This document shows positions 23,143-33,527 of a DNA stretch of 64,000 nt, piece after piece. The notes beneath the pieces were generated by a model that worked only from the letters and a program-made list of their open reading frames with translations, did no database searches and was not told the DNA's origin. Where the stretch lies: positions 1-64,000 of the forward strand of contig JAAPAO010000030.1 of the NCBI GenBank assembly GCA_013115145.1, in the 5' to 3' direction. Both the position numbers and the translations under genes were made by a program. The first letter of the stretch is position 1. Each line of letters begins with the position of its first letter. This DNA is from Perkinsus chesapeaki ATCC PRA-425. Its lineage: Eukaryota; Protista; Perkinsozoa.

Positions 23143-24954
23143 CTAGTAGCCATAACTCGCTCCTTTCCCTTTACCACTAGATCCTGGTCCTCCCCATGAT
23201 GGTCTGCTGCTACTATACGGTGATGAGCGAGGAGGAGGAGCACCGCCACCACCATCAGAGGGCGCCATCGCTTGACGTTGGGCAGAGGTCTCTTCCGGGC
23301 TAGAGTCCCATCCTCCCCATCCTCCTTTACCACCACCCCAGCGAGATTGCTGCTGCTGCTGATAACTGTCATCTACCCCTTTGCCGCCATATGAACCCCC
23401 TTTACCTCCGTAGTAGTAGCCACCGCTACCTTTGCCATATCCACCACTACCCTTACCATAATAATCGCTAGAGGAGGCTTGCTTGGGCTCATACCGGCTC
23501 GGATAGGAGTCAGATGGGCCTCCTCCTCCTTCTGCTCCTGACGTTGTTCGGGCAGTGTAATTCCCATATCCCTTGCCACCATAGCGTGAAGGTGTGCCAT
23601 AGGAATCACCACGAGGAGGAGCACGGCCACCTTTACCATAGGGCTGGTCATATGGGTTACCACTGCTATTCGGACCGCCGACACTGGAGTAGCCTCCTTT
23701 ACCTCCGTAGTAGTCGGAGCCACTGCCGCTATCAACCCCTTTACCTCCTCTATAACCGCCCTTTGAGTAATAGTCTCCTCCTTTCCCGCCGCCTCCTTTA
23801 CCCCATCCACCACCACCTTTACCACCAGACCAATCATCATTATACTCTCCTCCCCCTCGTCCGCCTCCTCCTTTACCCCATCCGCCACCACCTTTACCAC
23901 CACCTCGCCAATCACTGCTGCCACCTTTCCCTTTACCACCACCGCGGTAGCTTCCCCCTTTCCCTCCTCCCGAGTAAGGATCGTATTCATCCAGCTGATG
24001 CTCTCGTTTGAAATCTTCAATAATAGGCGTTATGTCCAAGTCACCGCTTACTATCTCGCGTACTATACGTGCCTGAATTTGATGACAGATGCCGGGATAG
24101 AACCCGGGACCTCCTCCCGCCTCCTTACACCTTCCTCACAGTTGCTCTCCGGTCCCACCAAAACAACTGTTCTCTCCTCCCCAGGGCCGCCATTCTCAGT
24201 AGGCACCACTTCAATACGTGTATGAGATCTTCGCTTTATCTCATCAATGACGCACCCTCTGTACCCGATAACCTAACACCACCACCACACTCCCCTCCCT
24301 CCTCCTTCCCGAGCTCACCTTCGCAGCGATATCGTTCGATATAACAACTTCCTTCCGGCTGTCACCCGGTCCCACCACAGGTTTGCGACAAGTAAATATT
24401 ATCTCCTCAATAGCAGCTTCACATGCCTGAATAGGACCCTTTTCCCTACCCGCAGCACCCCCATGTAGCTACATCAACAATTTCCTGAGTATCCCCGACC
24501 AGATGGAGACTCCTGTTGCCTTCGCTGTCTCGTTCGCCGTGATCGGACTAAAAGGCGAGTTAAAGATGCCAACGGTAGTTTGATAGGGTTCACCTTCACT
24601 TCACAATGGGTTTGACGTTGCAGTCGCTTTATAGTGTCCCCTTGCTTCCCGATAACTTTACCAGCCGCCCAGTAGGGTAGCGGCACATCTTTGTGGAATC
24701 TGACCACAAAAGTCAAAGTCCAGGATCAACTTAAGATACGCCTATTACTTTCCATCATTAACTTCATCAGTATTATCAGACTTCTCCTCTGTTGCACCCT
24801 CGGTTGGAGGAGCGTCCCAGTTACTGGCCTTTGCAGGTGGTTGGCCCTCCACCTGTCTCGGTTCATCGTCCCAGTTGGCATCATCTACCGACCGTTTCTC
24901 TCCTCTAGTGTTTTGGTCCTCCCCTTGTAAGGAGGATGATGAGGTGGAATCCAT
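23143..24954 (-). CDS. Two-KH-domain RNA-binding protein with Gly/Lys/Tyr-rich (GKGG) tail, spliced
   Basis: AAGKVIGKQGDTIKRLQRQTHCEV; IAAKVIGYRGCVIDEIKRRSHTRIEV; about 280-aa GGKGG/YGGKG tail. Confidence 0.78.
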
Positions 24955-25330
24955 AAAGGTAAGTAATAATGATACTTACCTAAGATAACAACAGTAACAA
25001 TGCCAACGCCGACGACGACGATAAGAATGTCAAGATGGGGAAGTAAAGATTCGTTGAGGTTATCCAAGTGCGCAAGAGGAGATGATCGATCATCTTGACA
25101 ATTGGAAATGGCTCCTCCATCGTCCTCGCACTCTTTCCGCAACCCTGTCTCAGTTATGGAGCCTGTATTATACGTTTTCAACGCTGAATCGACCTGTAGT
25201 ATCTTATCTCACACTTTCTCAATGCATTAGAGCAATAGCATTTCAACAAGATATGTTTGAGGTTGGAATGAAAGCATGTGGAAACTCTCCATAAAGATAG
25301 TCTTGTTTGTTATAGTTATCATTTTGAGTT

Positions 25331-27414
25331 ATGTCTGCTACCAATTCTGACCACCATGTACCTCCATTATCTGAGACCTTGCTTGGCCGAAGATCCCCTC
25401 CAACCAACGACTACGCTGTGTTGACCAGCACTCATATGACCAAGGCCACCACCATACCCTTCAGCAGGATGAGGAAGGTCATCCTGTTTGTCTGTACCCT
25501 CCTCGCCAGTATTGGTGGCATATATTACTCCTTTAGGGGTGAGACAGGACGGCAGTTGATAGTTCATACCACTCCTTCGTCAGATACCCGGCCTAGGATG
25601 GACTCTTCCGCCGCCTCCTTATTAAATTCTGGATTCTCATCCCTACAGTTTGACCACCACGAGTTCCCTATTGAAGGCGGTCGTGTATCACATCTCCTCC
25701 TTCGGCAGCCTAATCTCTGCGACCCTCAAGTTAACCAGTACTCCGGATACTTCACCATTGACGAGAATCTCGACAAGAAGTACTTCTTTTGGTTCTTCGA
25801 GAAACGTCGCCAGTCCCCCGATGAGGCGGCCCCAACGACCATGTGGTTGACTGGTGGCCCTGGCTCCAGCTCCATGATTGCTGTAAGACATTCAATGGGC
25901 ATTTGGATCATTAACTTCCGCCTTAGTTGCTCGCGGAAAATGGCCCCTGCAAAGTGAATGCCGATGGTTCTGGTACGGTTCGTAATGAATATAGTTGGAC
26001 ACAAAAGACGAACATGTTGTGGGTTGACCAGCCCCCAGGTAGCCTCGATCACATTGATGACGAAGCCACGAGTGGATTTCTCAGGGACCGGTTTCTCTAC
26101 AGGAAAGTATGATACTTCCGAGGTCGAGATAGCCGAGGATATGTATCATTTCCTCCAAGCCTTCTTCCATAAGTTCCCACAGTACAATAAAAAGTTCCAT
26201 ATAACAGGAGAGTCCTACGGTGGCCACTACGTCCCAGTTGTCACGGCTAAGATAATAACCGAGAACAAGAAGCTTTTAGGTCAGATATCATCCGCATGGC
26301 TGCTGCTTGTAGTGCTTTCACAGATACCCCTTCTACGTTCTTGGGTAGCACATCATCAAACCATCCAGTGTACATCGACATCAAAGGTATGGCCATCGGG
26401 AATGGTCTTACAGTCCCCGCCGAGCAGGTCAAATGGTACTCAAAAATGGTAGGCTTTGTATTAGGGAAGCGAGGGTTAGGACATCTCAGGCATACAATTC
26501 TGGAAGTGCCCCATCGATTGTTAATTATACCACCTACAAAGAGATGGAGGCTGCCGCTGATAAGACAGTGGAGCTCATCAAAGAGTGCTACCAGGATCCT
26601 GATGCTACCGATGCAGTAAACAACACTTGCTATCCCTTGCTGGACCGTCCGTTGGCAGAACTCCCCACTGCCGTCTGCATGTCTCGAAATGAATTACGTC
26701 TTTAACGCCAAAGTTCTGAATGTGGCACTCGCCACAGGGGCCAATGAGTAGGTGCTGCCTTGTGTTTGCCTCACGCTACTAATGGTTCCAGATACGATTT
26801 GCGACTGAACCATCCTTATAACCTCTCCAATCTAGACAGGTATTTGAACAGGCCCGACGTTCGTGCTGAACTCGGTGCTATTGTCAAACCCTGGTCCGAG
26901 AGCAACACTAAGGTGCTGTCCGTGGTCCATATTTTTAATTTTACGGCGAAGTGACGCTGTCAGGTATGGTTGGCGCTAGCTCCTCGTGATTTTTTGGCCG
27001 ACTACACTTCGGCCGTCCAAACCGTCCTTGCTTCCGGAGCAAAGGTCCTCATTTACGCCGGTGACCAAGACTTCATCTGCAACTGGCTTGGCAACCAGGC
27101 ATGGACCGAAAAAATTCAATGGCAATTTACACAGGAATTTGCAAAGCAACCAACGGTAGAAATGAACGCCGAAAAAGTAGTGTCAAAAAAAGAAGGTAAA
27201 ATTTCAGCATTTTTCCGGTGAGTTTTCCTTCCTTGCAGGCAACGGAGAGGACGAGGTCGTTAAGGTGCCCGTCGGAGTCTATAAAGGATTTAAGAACTTC
27301 GCCTTCCTTCGAGTGTTTGGAGCTGGGCATATGGCACCGATGGACAAACCATTAGAGACCTTACATATGTATGACACCTTCATTAATGGAGAGTTGTTCA
27401 ATAATGAAGGGTAA
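25331..27414 (+). CDS. Serine carboxypeptidase (S10), spliced, with N-terminal TM anchor
   Basis: QYSGYF..FFWFFE; [10 protein letters not shown]; [10 protein letters not shown]; [10 protein letters not shown]; GAGHMAP. Confidence 0.92.
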
Positions 27415-27783
27415 AAGCAACAACAACCTTCAACAATTCTGTTAGAGTCTAACTTCTCAATGAAGATGGCTCTTGTCAATCCTGTTGTCATTTACCTTAT
27501 GCAGCAGCAATAACGGTTATAGTACACCAGATACGAAGCTTTGGTTAGTAATGTCAATATTGGGGATTGTCTACTACAGCACACAAGTATCCATTGGTGT
27601 CGAGACCCGAACATATACATGACCTCCCGTTGCGGCGGCGGCAAAGGACTTACTAATTTACAAGCACGACAAGGAACACACAGTACAAGGGCTCTTGATG
27701 GTGTCGTCAACATCATCATCTCATCCGTCCGGGTAAGACAACCCGGTAGTAGCCGCCGCCGCCCCCTCCTCATCTGCCTCCAT

Positions 27784-29808
27784 TTACATGAAGTCATCAT
27801 CGGAATCGCCATCCCAGTCTTCGAGTGTTTCAAGTTGGACAGCGTAACTGACACAGTGATGAGTTTGGAAATGCTACGATGGGCTTGTTACCGAAGGAGG
27901 CCACCGATACCGCCAAAACCGCGAACGAATTGGGCACCCTCTTCGCTCTTGTCGGTGACGAACTCCAACTTGGCCTGAAAGGGAGGAGATGATACGAGTT
28001 ATCTCGAATGCCTAGGAAAACTAATGTGGAAATAGGGCCTTATTCGTGCCATTAAGACCGGAGGAAAAGTCGGTATGAAGAGGGATGTAGTAGGTGATGT
28101 GGGAAAGGTACTTACTCCGAAGTTCTTGTAATTATTAACAAGCCATTCGGTAATAGGCATCTTCTCAACAACAGTGAGCTCTACACCGGTATCAGGATCA
28201 CGGAAATAACTCTCTTGGACTTCCCTAAAGGATAGTAGGCATTATAGTGCTGCTGCTGCGGCTGTCTACTGTAGGGTAGGTAATAGTAGTATTACTGCTC
28301 AGGAGTTAGATAGAGGACATCCTCAGTATCCGTATGGGGGTTCCTGATGTGATAGCGGTTAATGGCTAAATTCTCGAATACGATAAGAGTCTCGACAGCA
28401 CCCATATCCAAACACTAACAAGCACCCATGTACAAGAGTATAAGGTAATAATGAAGTCTACCTTTAAAGTGTCATCAATACCGAAACAAACCTTGCCTGT
28501 GTCCTGGGCCACTTCCTCGAAATACCTGATCATCACAGTGGTGGAGTGGGGTGGATATGGAGGGATGGCGTACTTGGTGATAAGCTTCTTTTCCTGGATA
28601 AATTTGACGTTTTTAAGTGTGTCAGATGCGAGCTCGATGGCTTGGTTAAAACCGTTCTCTCCACCGTAACTGATAGAGGCCCTGCAGTGGGGTATGTTAA
28701 GAGTGATGCTACTACCTCACATCGACGACCTTGATCAGGATGGCAGCCAAACGAGGATCGAAGAATTGAGAATTTGCCAGGTCATTCTTGAACTCGGCAG
28801 ATCCTGCTAATACCTATAAATCGTATATTGTAAATGACAGAAAAGTAGAGGCATACCAGTCCAGCGATGTTTGGCCTATCATTGGTGATAAAGTGTTGCG
28901 TTAGCAATTCAGCGACCTGCCAAGACAAAGGTCGCTCCACACAACCGTGGGGAGCGGTTTATTACCTTGGTAAGATAATTGTGTCGCTTCTCGAGCCTCA
29001 ATCGAGCGAAACGCATGGATGACTGACCACCTCGTCCGTGCTTCTTAGGAAGATCCACGGAGAACTTGTACAGGACTTCGCGGTTGGAGCCCTAACCCAT
29101 ACGGCGATTGACTACTCCTTATCCTCCTCCAAGCCAACCCGTATTACCTGTACGGTACCGAACAGACTTCCATTACCATCCATAACGAGGAAACCAAACT
29201 TGTCATCGGACTCCAATAGCTGGTTCAAATCCTCTGTATGGAACTTATTATCACACAAATACCTGTAGCAGCAATGAAGGGCGACAACGGGGGCAGCAGT
29301 AAGGACTACAGTTTAGTGTTAATGGGCTTGAAAGGCTCAAAGTCAATGGTAACCTGCTTTTCCTTACCATCATCAGTAAGTACTGTACCACAGTAAAGTA
29401 CAAGACCGTTCGGTGGTGTCCTATTGTACCTGGGAGAGAGTATAGATCATATAGGGCAGCAGTTCAGTATGGTACAGTTTGAGTCGTTGTTGAGTTGATG
29501 TAATGGCGGATAGTACAGACAAACGGTTAACTCTAGATTTTATATTAGAGGCTGTTCCGTATCTGATAAAGGTTAAGTAGGATAGGAATGGGATAATAAT
29601 ACTCTTCAGCAAGCATCTTTTGCATCTGAGCTACTTGGGTTTTAGGTGGGATGATTAGTGAAATCATCGAGGTACCTTAATAGTAATAATAATAAGCATT
29701 GATAGATAATAGGATACCGTTCCCTCGGGCAGCCTCCAAACTTTTAATCAACCTTCGTATCTTCCATTGCTCGATGGCGGCTTCATTGGAATCCTCGACA
29801 GAGCTCAT
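27784..29808 (-). CDS. ETF1: Eukaryotic peptide chain release factor 1, spliced
   Basis: [27 protein letters not shown]; TASNIKS; YLCDNKF; KKHGRGGQS; [12 protein letters not shown]; acidic end DGDSDDDFM*. Confidence 0.95.
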
Positions 29809-30382
29809 AATAAGTACGTATAGAGAAGGAAGAGGAAAACAGAATGACTATAAAAGGGGTCGAGCTTTATTCTACCTACAACCCTATTTACGTGCGTTAA
29901 CAATGTCATACCGCTCTTTCGTTTACCCAATGAAGTTTGTACCATATACCCCTTATAAGATACCTCCCTCCCTATCCTTATACCTATCGTACCTTAAGGT
30001 AGACAATGCCGACGATGGCCAGTTAAAATGGAAATCGATCAGAATGGCGTAGCAGAAAATACGTCAAATTCTGCGAATCATGTCACTGATGTGGGGACAT
30101 CTGCGGGTGGGGACGTTTCGCCGTTCCAAGAGAGAACTTCATCAAAAAGTATTCTTATCGATGGGCGGGGCAGCGAGCATCTCTTGACGGCAGTCTGAGC
30201 TTCTAGTGCTCGTTGATCTAAGTTAGTGCAGCTCCCTCACGTTGTCTGAGGAGAAAGCCTTTCAGAATTTGCATATCTTTAATATTCATTCGTCTACGGG
30301 AAATTTACTTTATTATTTTCTTGCGTCTCTGGCATTCCTACCGAACACTTTGCAATCACTCTATTGCAGGCTTTTTTTCAAG

Positions 30383-32803
30383 ATGAAGAATCCTTGGTAT
30401 ACCTGTGGTGGTTGTTGCCCATGCAAATGCAAGCCCTGGGTTTACTGGGTCCTTTCTACAGCCTGTATCGTTACTGCTATAGTAGCCTTCATCTTCGCCA
30501 TTCTTGTTAAGACAGTATTCGAGAACAGCTTCATCAACGGCGTCAATGACGCCAGGTTCATCGATAACACGGTCCAGACCACAGACTGCAGCAATATGTT
30601 TGTTGGTGACTCTACTTGCTCTGGCCTGGCCTACCAAGCATGGTTACTCAACTCTACTGAGGCTAGAGATATGTGTCTCAGTTCCCAAGCTCCTAGCACG
30701 AGGCCATTAACCTCCAGCTCGGGTTGGTGTGATACCAAACAGGAAGGGTGTGTTAAACCTGATGTCTGTCTAAAGGGTATGCCACATGACTTCTTTGCCT
30801 TCAACGTAACCAATCCGGCTGAGATCCTCAGGGATGGTGCCAAGCCAGTTGTGCAGGAATTGCGTCCTGTCCACAGCGCGAAGACCTCCGATCGTATAGA
30901 GGCATCGGTTGATGTTGATAAATGGAATAATGAAGGTATAGCACATTGGAATGAGAGCAACACCTTCGTTTTTGCTGATAAAGACGAGACCGATCTACTA
31001 CAACAGAAGATTGTTGTTCCTAATCTTGCCTTGCTAAGTACTGTTACCAGAAGCGGTGTCCAACTGAACACTATTGAGATAATACAGATGTTGGGCCTCT
31101 GTGGAACATACCAGCGCCTGGCCAACATGGTTATCTCCTTGATCGGTAGGGCTCCAGCCAGTATAGTATCGGTGATAAATGCAAGATTCGGTGATATAAG
31201 GTCGGCAATGAAAGCACAGTACTTCGGTGCTGGCCTTACCAGACTTTTAGGGTCGCAGGAAATCGATATTGAGGCCATGGGACCGATGCTTAGAATTATA
31301 GACCCAACTCTGGACACTTCTATCCTGCCTCCAGCAAGTATGGCCATTGATTATTTCGCCTATGCATTCGGTTGTGTGGTTAAACAGGATGCTAATCATA
31401 GTTGCAAGTTCAATCCTGATAGCCAGGCTGATGTAGATCTTGAAAGAAGGATTAATGGTACCTTCTCTGATACGTCTAGAACAAATATATTTGACTTCAT
31501 CATGAACACCAACTTCTCGGACACTACTGGTGCCGGGTCCACATTGGTCCTGTTGTTAAGAGGTCTTTTGTCCGCTAGTGAGGCTGCGGCATGGAGTGCT
31601 CATTTGAACTATGCGGGGTCTTATGGTCTGTCTAACTACAATGTCATGAGATATTCTCTTTTCCCTTTCACTAATAGTACTAGCCCTGCATATGATCCAG
31701 ATTATGAGTACTACCCCAGGTTTATTAAGATGACAGTGGGTCAGATGCTCGGTTGGGACAACCAGGCCTTTATGGATAAGTTCACCGGAATGCCGATCAG
31801 TTTCGGCTTCGCTAAGCCTGTTATTAATGGTGCACCTACAGAACAGTATCGTAGTAGCAAGATACCTGATCAAAGGGGTCTAAGCTACTTTAGGATGTAT
31901 AATGGTCAAACACAGAACTGTGCTTTCGATCCGGATTGTATGGCGCAAGATTCCTTTAAAAAGGATGGTACATGTACAGCTAATGCTGTATGTACTCCTA
32001 ATTATGCTGCTGGTTGGGATGCTAAATTTATACCGGGTACGTTAAATGGTAAAGGAACTGATGAATATCATAAAAAGGATGCCACAGCCAAACTATTTGT
32101 TGGACAGATATTCTCAGCTGCAACACTTAAGAACATCGAGACCAATGCTGATTGGAGAGGAGTTAAAGTTGACGTATGGACTTTAGCCGATATCGACTTC
32201 CGTAACGAAAACTGCGATGGTTCAGACCCTAATCATGGGTCACGTGGCATAGACTGTGACTCACCCTATGAGACCTTCAATTTGGGATACTTTGCTTCCC
32301 CCGATCCATCCACCACTCAGATCCCAGTATATGCCTCTTTACCCCATTTCACTATGGTTGATGGTACCTCATCTCGGCCCAACTATCGTCCGAGTGATAG
32401 GGTTACCATTGTGTCATGTACGGGTGATTCAGCATGCGAAGGCAACCGTGAGTTCAGTGTTAACGTCCTAACTGAGCCCATATCTGGCGCACTCCTTGAT
32501 GGTCAACAAAGACTCCAGTTGAATGTGAAGTTTCCGCCCACTGCTAACGGCAAGACCGGTGAGATGACGGCGGAGATGCTCATGCCATCATTTTGGTTAA
32601 ATAAGCATCAGTCAGCATTTGATTTCCAATTGTCCACTGTTAAGCAAATTCAGTCTGGATCATCTCTTTTCAATACCCTTATGGGTATTCTCATCGCTAT
32701 TGGTGTAATATTGTTGGTATGCGGAGGCATATTAATATTTTTTGGCTACAGAAGGCGATCGATGCTGCGCTCTGAAGCGGGGGAGATTGTCGATATAAAG
32801 TAG
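30383..32803 (+). CDS. Oversized CD36/SR-B/LIMP-2-family scavenger receptor, copy 1 (intronless, about 806 aa)
   Basis: N- and C-terminal TM helices; FAFNVTNPAEIL..KPVVQE, YASLPHF, EPISG and QRLQLNV motifs. The ATG follows an AG acceptor. Confidence 0.82.
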   Translation: MKNPWYTCGGCCPCKCKPWVYWVLSTACIVTAIVAFIFAILVKTVFENSFINGVNDARFIDNTVQTTDCSNMFVGDSTCSGLAYQAWLLNSTEARDMCLSSQAPSTRPLTSSSGWCDTKQEGCVKPDVCLKGMPHDFFAFNVTNPAEILRDGAKPVVQELRPVHSAKTSDRIEASVDVDKWNNEGIAHWNESNTFVFADKDETDLLQQKIVVPNLALLSTVTRSGVQLNTIEIIQMLGLCGTYQRLANMVISLIGRAPASIVSVINARFGDIRSAMKAQYFGAGLTRLLGSQEIDIEAMGPMLRIIDPTLDTSILPPASMAIDYFAYAFGCVVKQDANHSCKFNPDSQADVDLERRINGTFSDTSRTNIFDFIMNTNFSDTTGAGSTLVLLLRGLLSASEAAAWSAHLNYAGSYGLSNYNVMRYSLFPFTNSTSPAYDPDYEYYPRFIKMTVGQMLGWDNQAFMDKFTGMPISFGFAKPVINGAPTEQYRSSKIPDQRGLSYFRMYNGQTQNCAFDPDCMAQDSFKKDGTCTANAVCTPNYAAGWDAKFIPGTLNGKGTDEYHKKDATAKLFVGQIFSAATLKNIETNADWRGVKVDVWTLADIDFRNENCDGSDPNHGSRGIDCDSPYETFNLGYFASPDPSTTQIPVYASLPHFTMVDGTSSRPNYRPSDRVTIVSCTGDSACEGNREFSVNVLTEPISGALLDGQQRLQLNVKFPPTANGKTGEMTAEMLMPSFWLNKHQSAFDFQLSTVKQIQSGSSLFNTLMGILIAIGVILLVCGGILIFFGYRRRSMLRSEAGEIVDIK

Positions 32804-33008
32804 AATACTCTTGACACTACTCGATCTTGCTTTAACCCTCATCCACGATGGTGCGGTCAAAAGTATATTGTCAGAGTCGTTGTAATATCGGTCCTAAATA
32901 GCACTACAAGTGTATGGTCTTGAGACCGGTTCCTCCTTGACAGTAGAATACAGTCTATCTCATAAAGGGAGTATTCTTAATGTTGAGTTCCATAATGTGT
33001 AGTCAAAT

Positions 33009-33045
33009 TGCCCGGCGTGGGGATCGAACCAACGACCTTTGGATT
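33009..33045 (-). pseudogene. tRNA 3'-half fragment (no matching 5' half found)
   Basis: AATCCAAAGGTCGTTGGTTCGATCCCCACGCCGGGCA reads as anticodon 3' stem, variable loop AGGTC, T-arm with one mismatch, acceptor strand and discriminator. Confidence 0.55.
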
Positions 33046-33291
33046 TGTAAATGGTAGCGCTAGCCCCAAAAGCTACGGCGGAGTTTCGGGTAGCAAACGC
33101 ATAGATGCTCTATCGTCATCGAATGACTAATGCCCGTCCGAACTTGAAACTTTGGAGAAATATAATTAATAGCTGGCGTTCCAGGCTTAGATTGCATTCA
33201 TCCTCGTCCATAAAAGTATGGGTATTCGTGTGTATAACAGTGTCTTCACCAAAGTAAGTTGTGTTAGCAAGTGTGAAGTGTCCCCTTGACA

Positions 33292-33321
33292 GCCTTCCGC
33301 GTTCGATCCCCGGCTTCCGCA
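33292..33321 (+). pseudogene. tRNA-Gly-like 3' fragment
   Basis: GCCTTCCGCGTTCGATCCCCGGCTTCCGCA has a T-loop and an acceptor end like tRNA-Gly; the rest is absent or degenerate. Confidence 0.4.
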
Positions 33322-33527
33322 ATCTATGTCTTCCTAGCCTGCATTTCAAGGCCCTAGCCATCGTAAAGATGCGCACTTAGACTTGTCGTGTGGTGTGTTA
33401 TGTTCCTTGATAGGAAATTGAATGGCTAGGCTAGCATTAGGATTTTGTAATGTCTACTATAGAAACGGCTCTTAATAATAAGGTTGTGTAGTTCTCCCTG
33501 TTTTGTGGGGTTTTTTATCTTTAATAA

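Noticed and set aside
24090-24115. tRNA T-loop-like GGTTCTATCCCGG, and similar GGTTCGATCC near 60368 and 62913
   Set aside because: These fall in or next to coding sequence (PGSIP-type codons) and lack the other tRNA arms.
27784-29808. eRF1 as a sign of a variant genetic code
   Set aside because: The GTS, TASNIKS and YxCxxxF motifs are canonical, and genes in the window end in TAA, TAG and TGA.
33058-33077. Minus-strand CCGTAGCTTTTGGGGCTAG resembling the dinoflagellate/Perkinsus spliced leader
   Set aside because: Only the first 7 nt match; there is no CTCAAG-GT junction. No relict leader was found upstream of the intronless genes either (only TCAAG before two ATGs).
33372-33383. 12-mer GCGCACTTAGAC shared with the LTR
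   Set aside because: A 12-bp match between a 323-bp LTR and 64 kb on two strands is roughly expected by chance.
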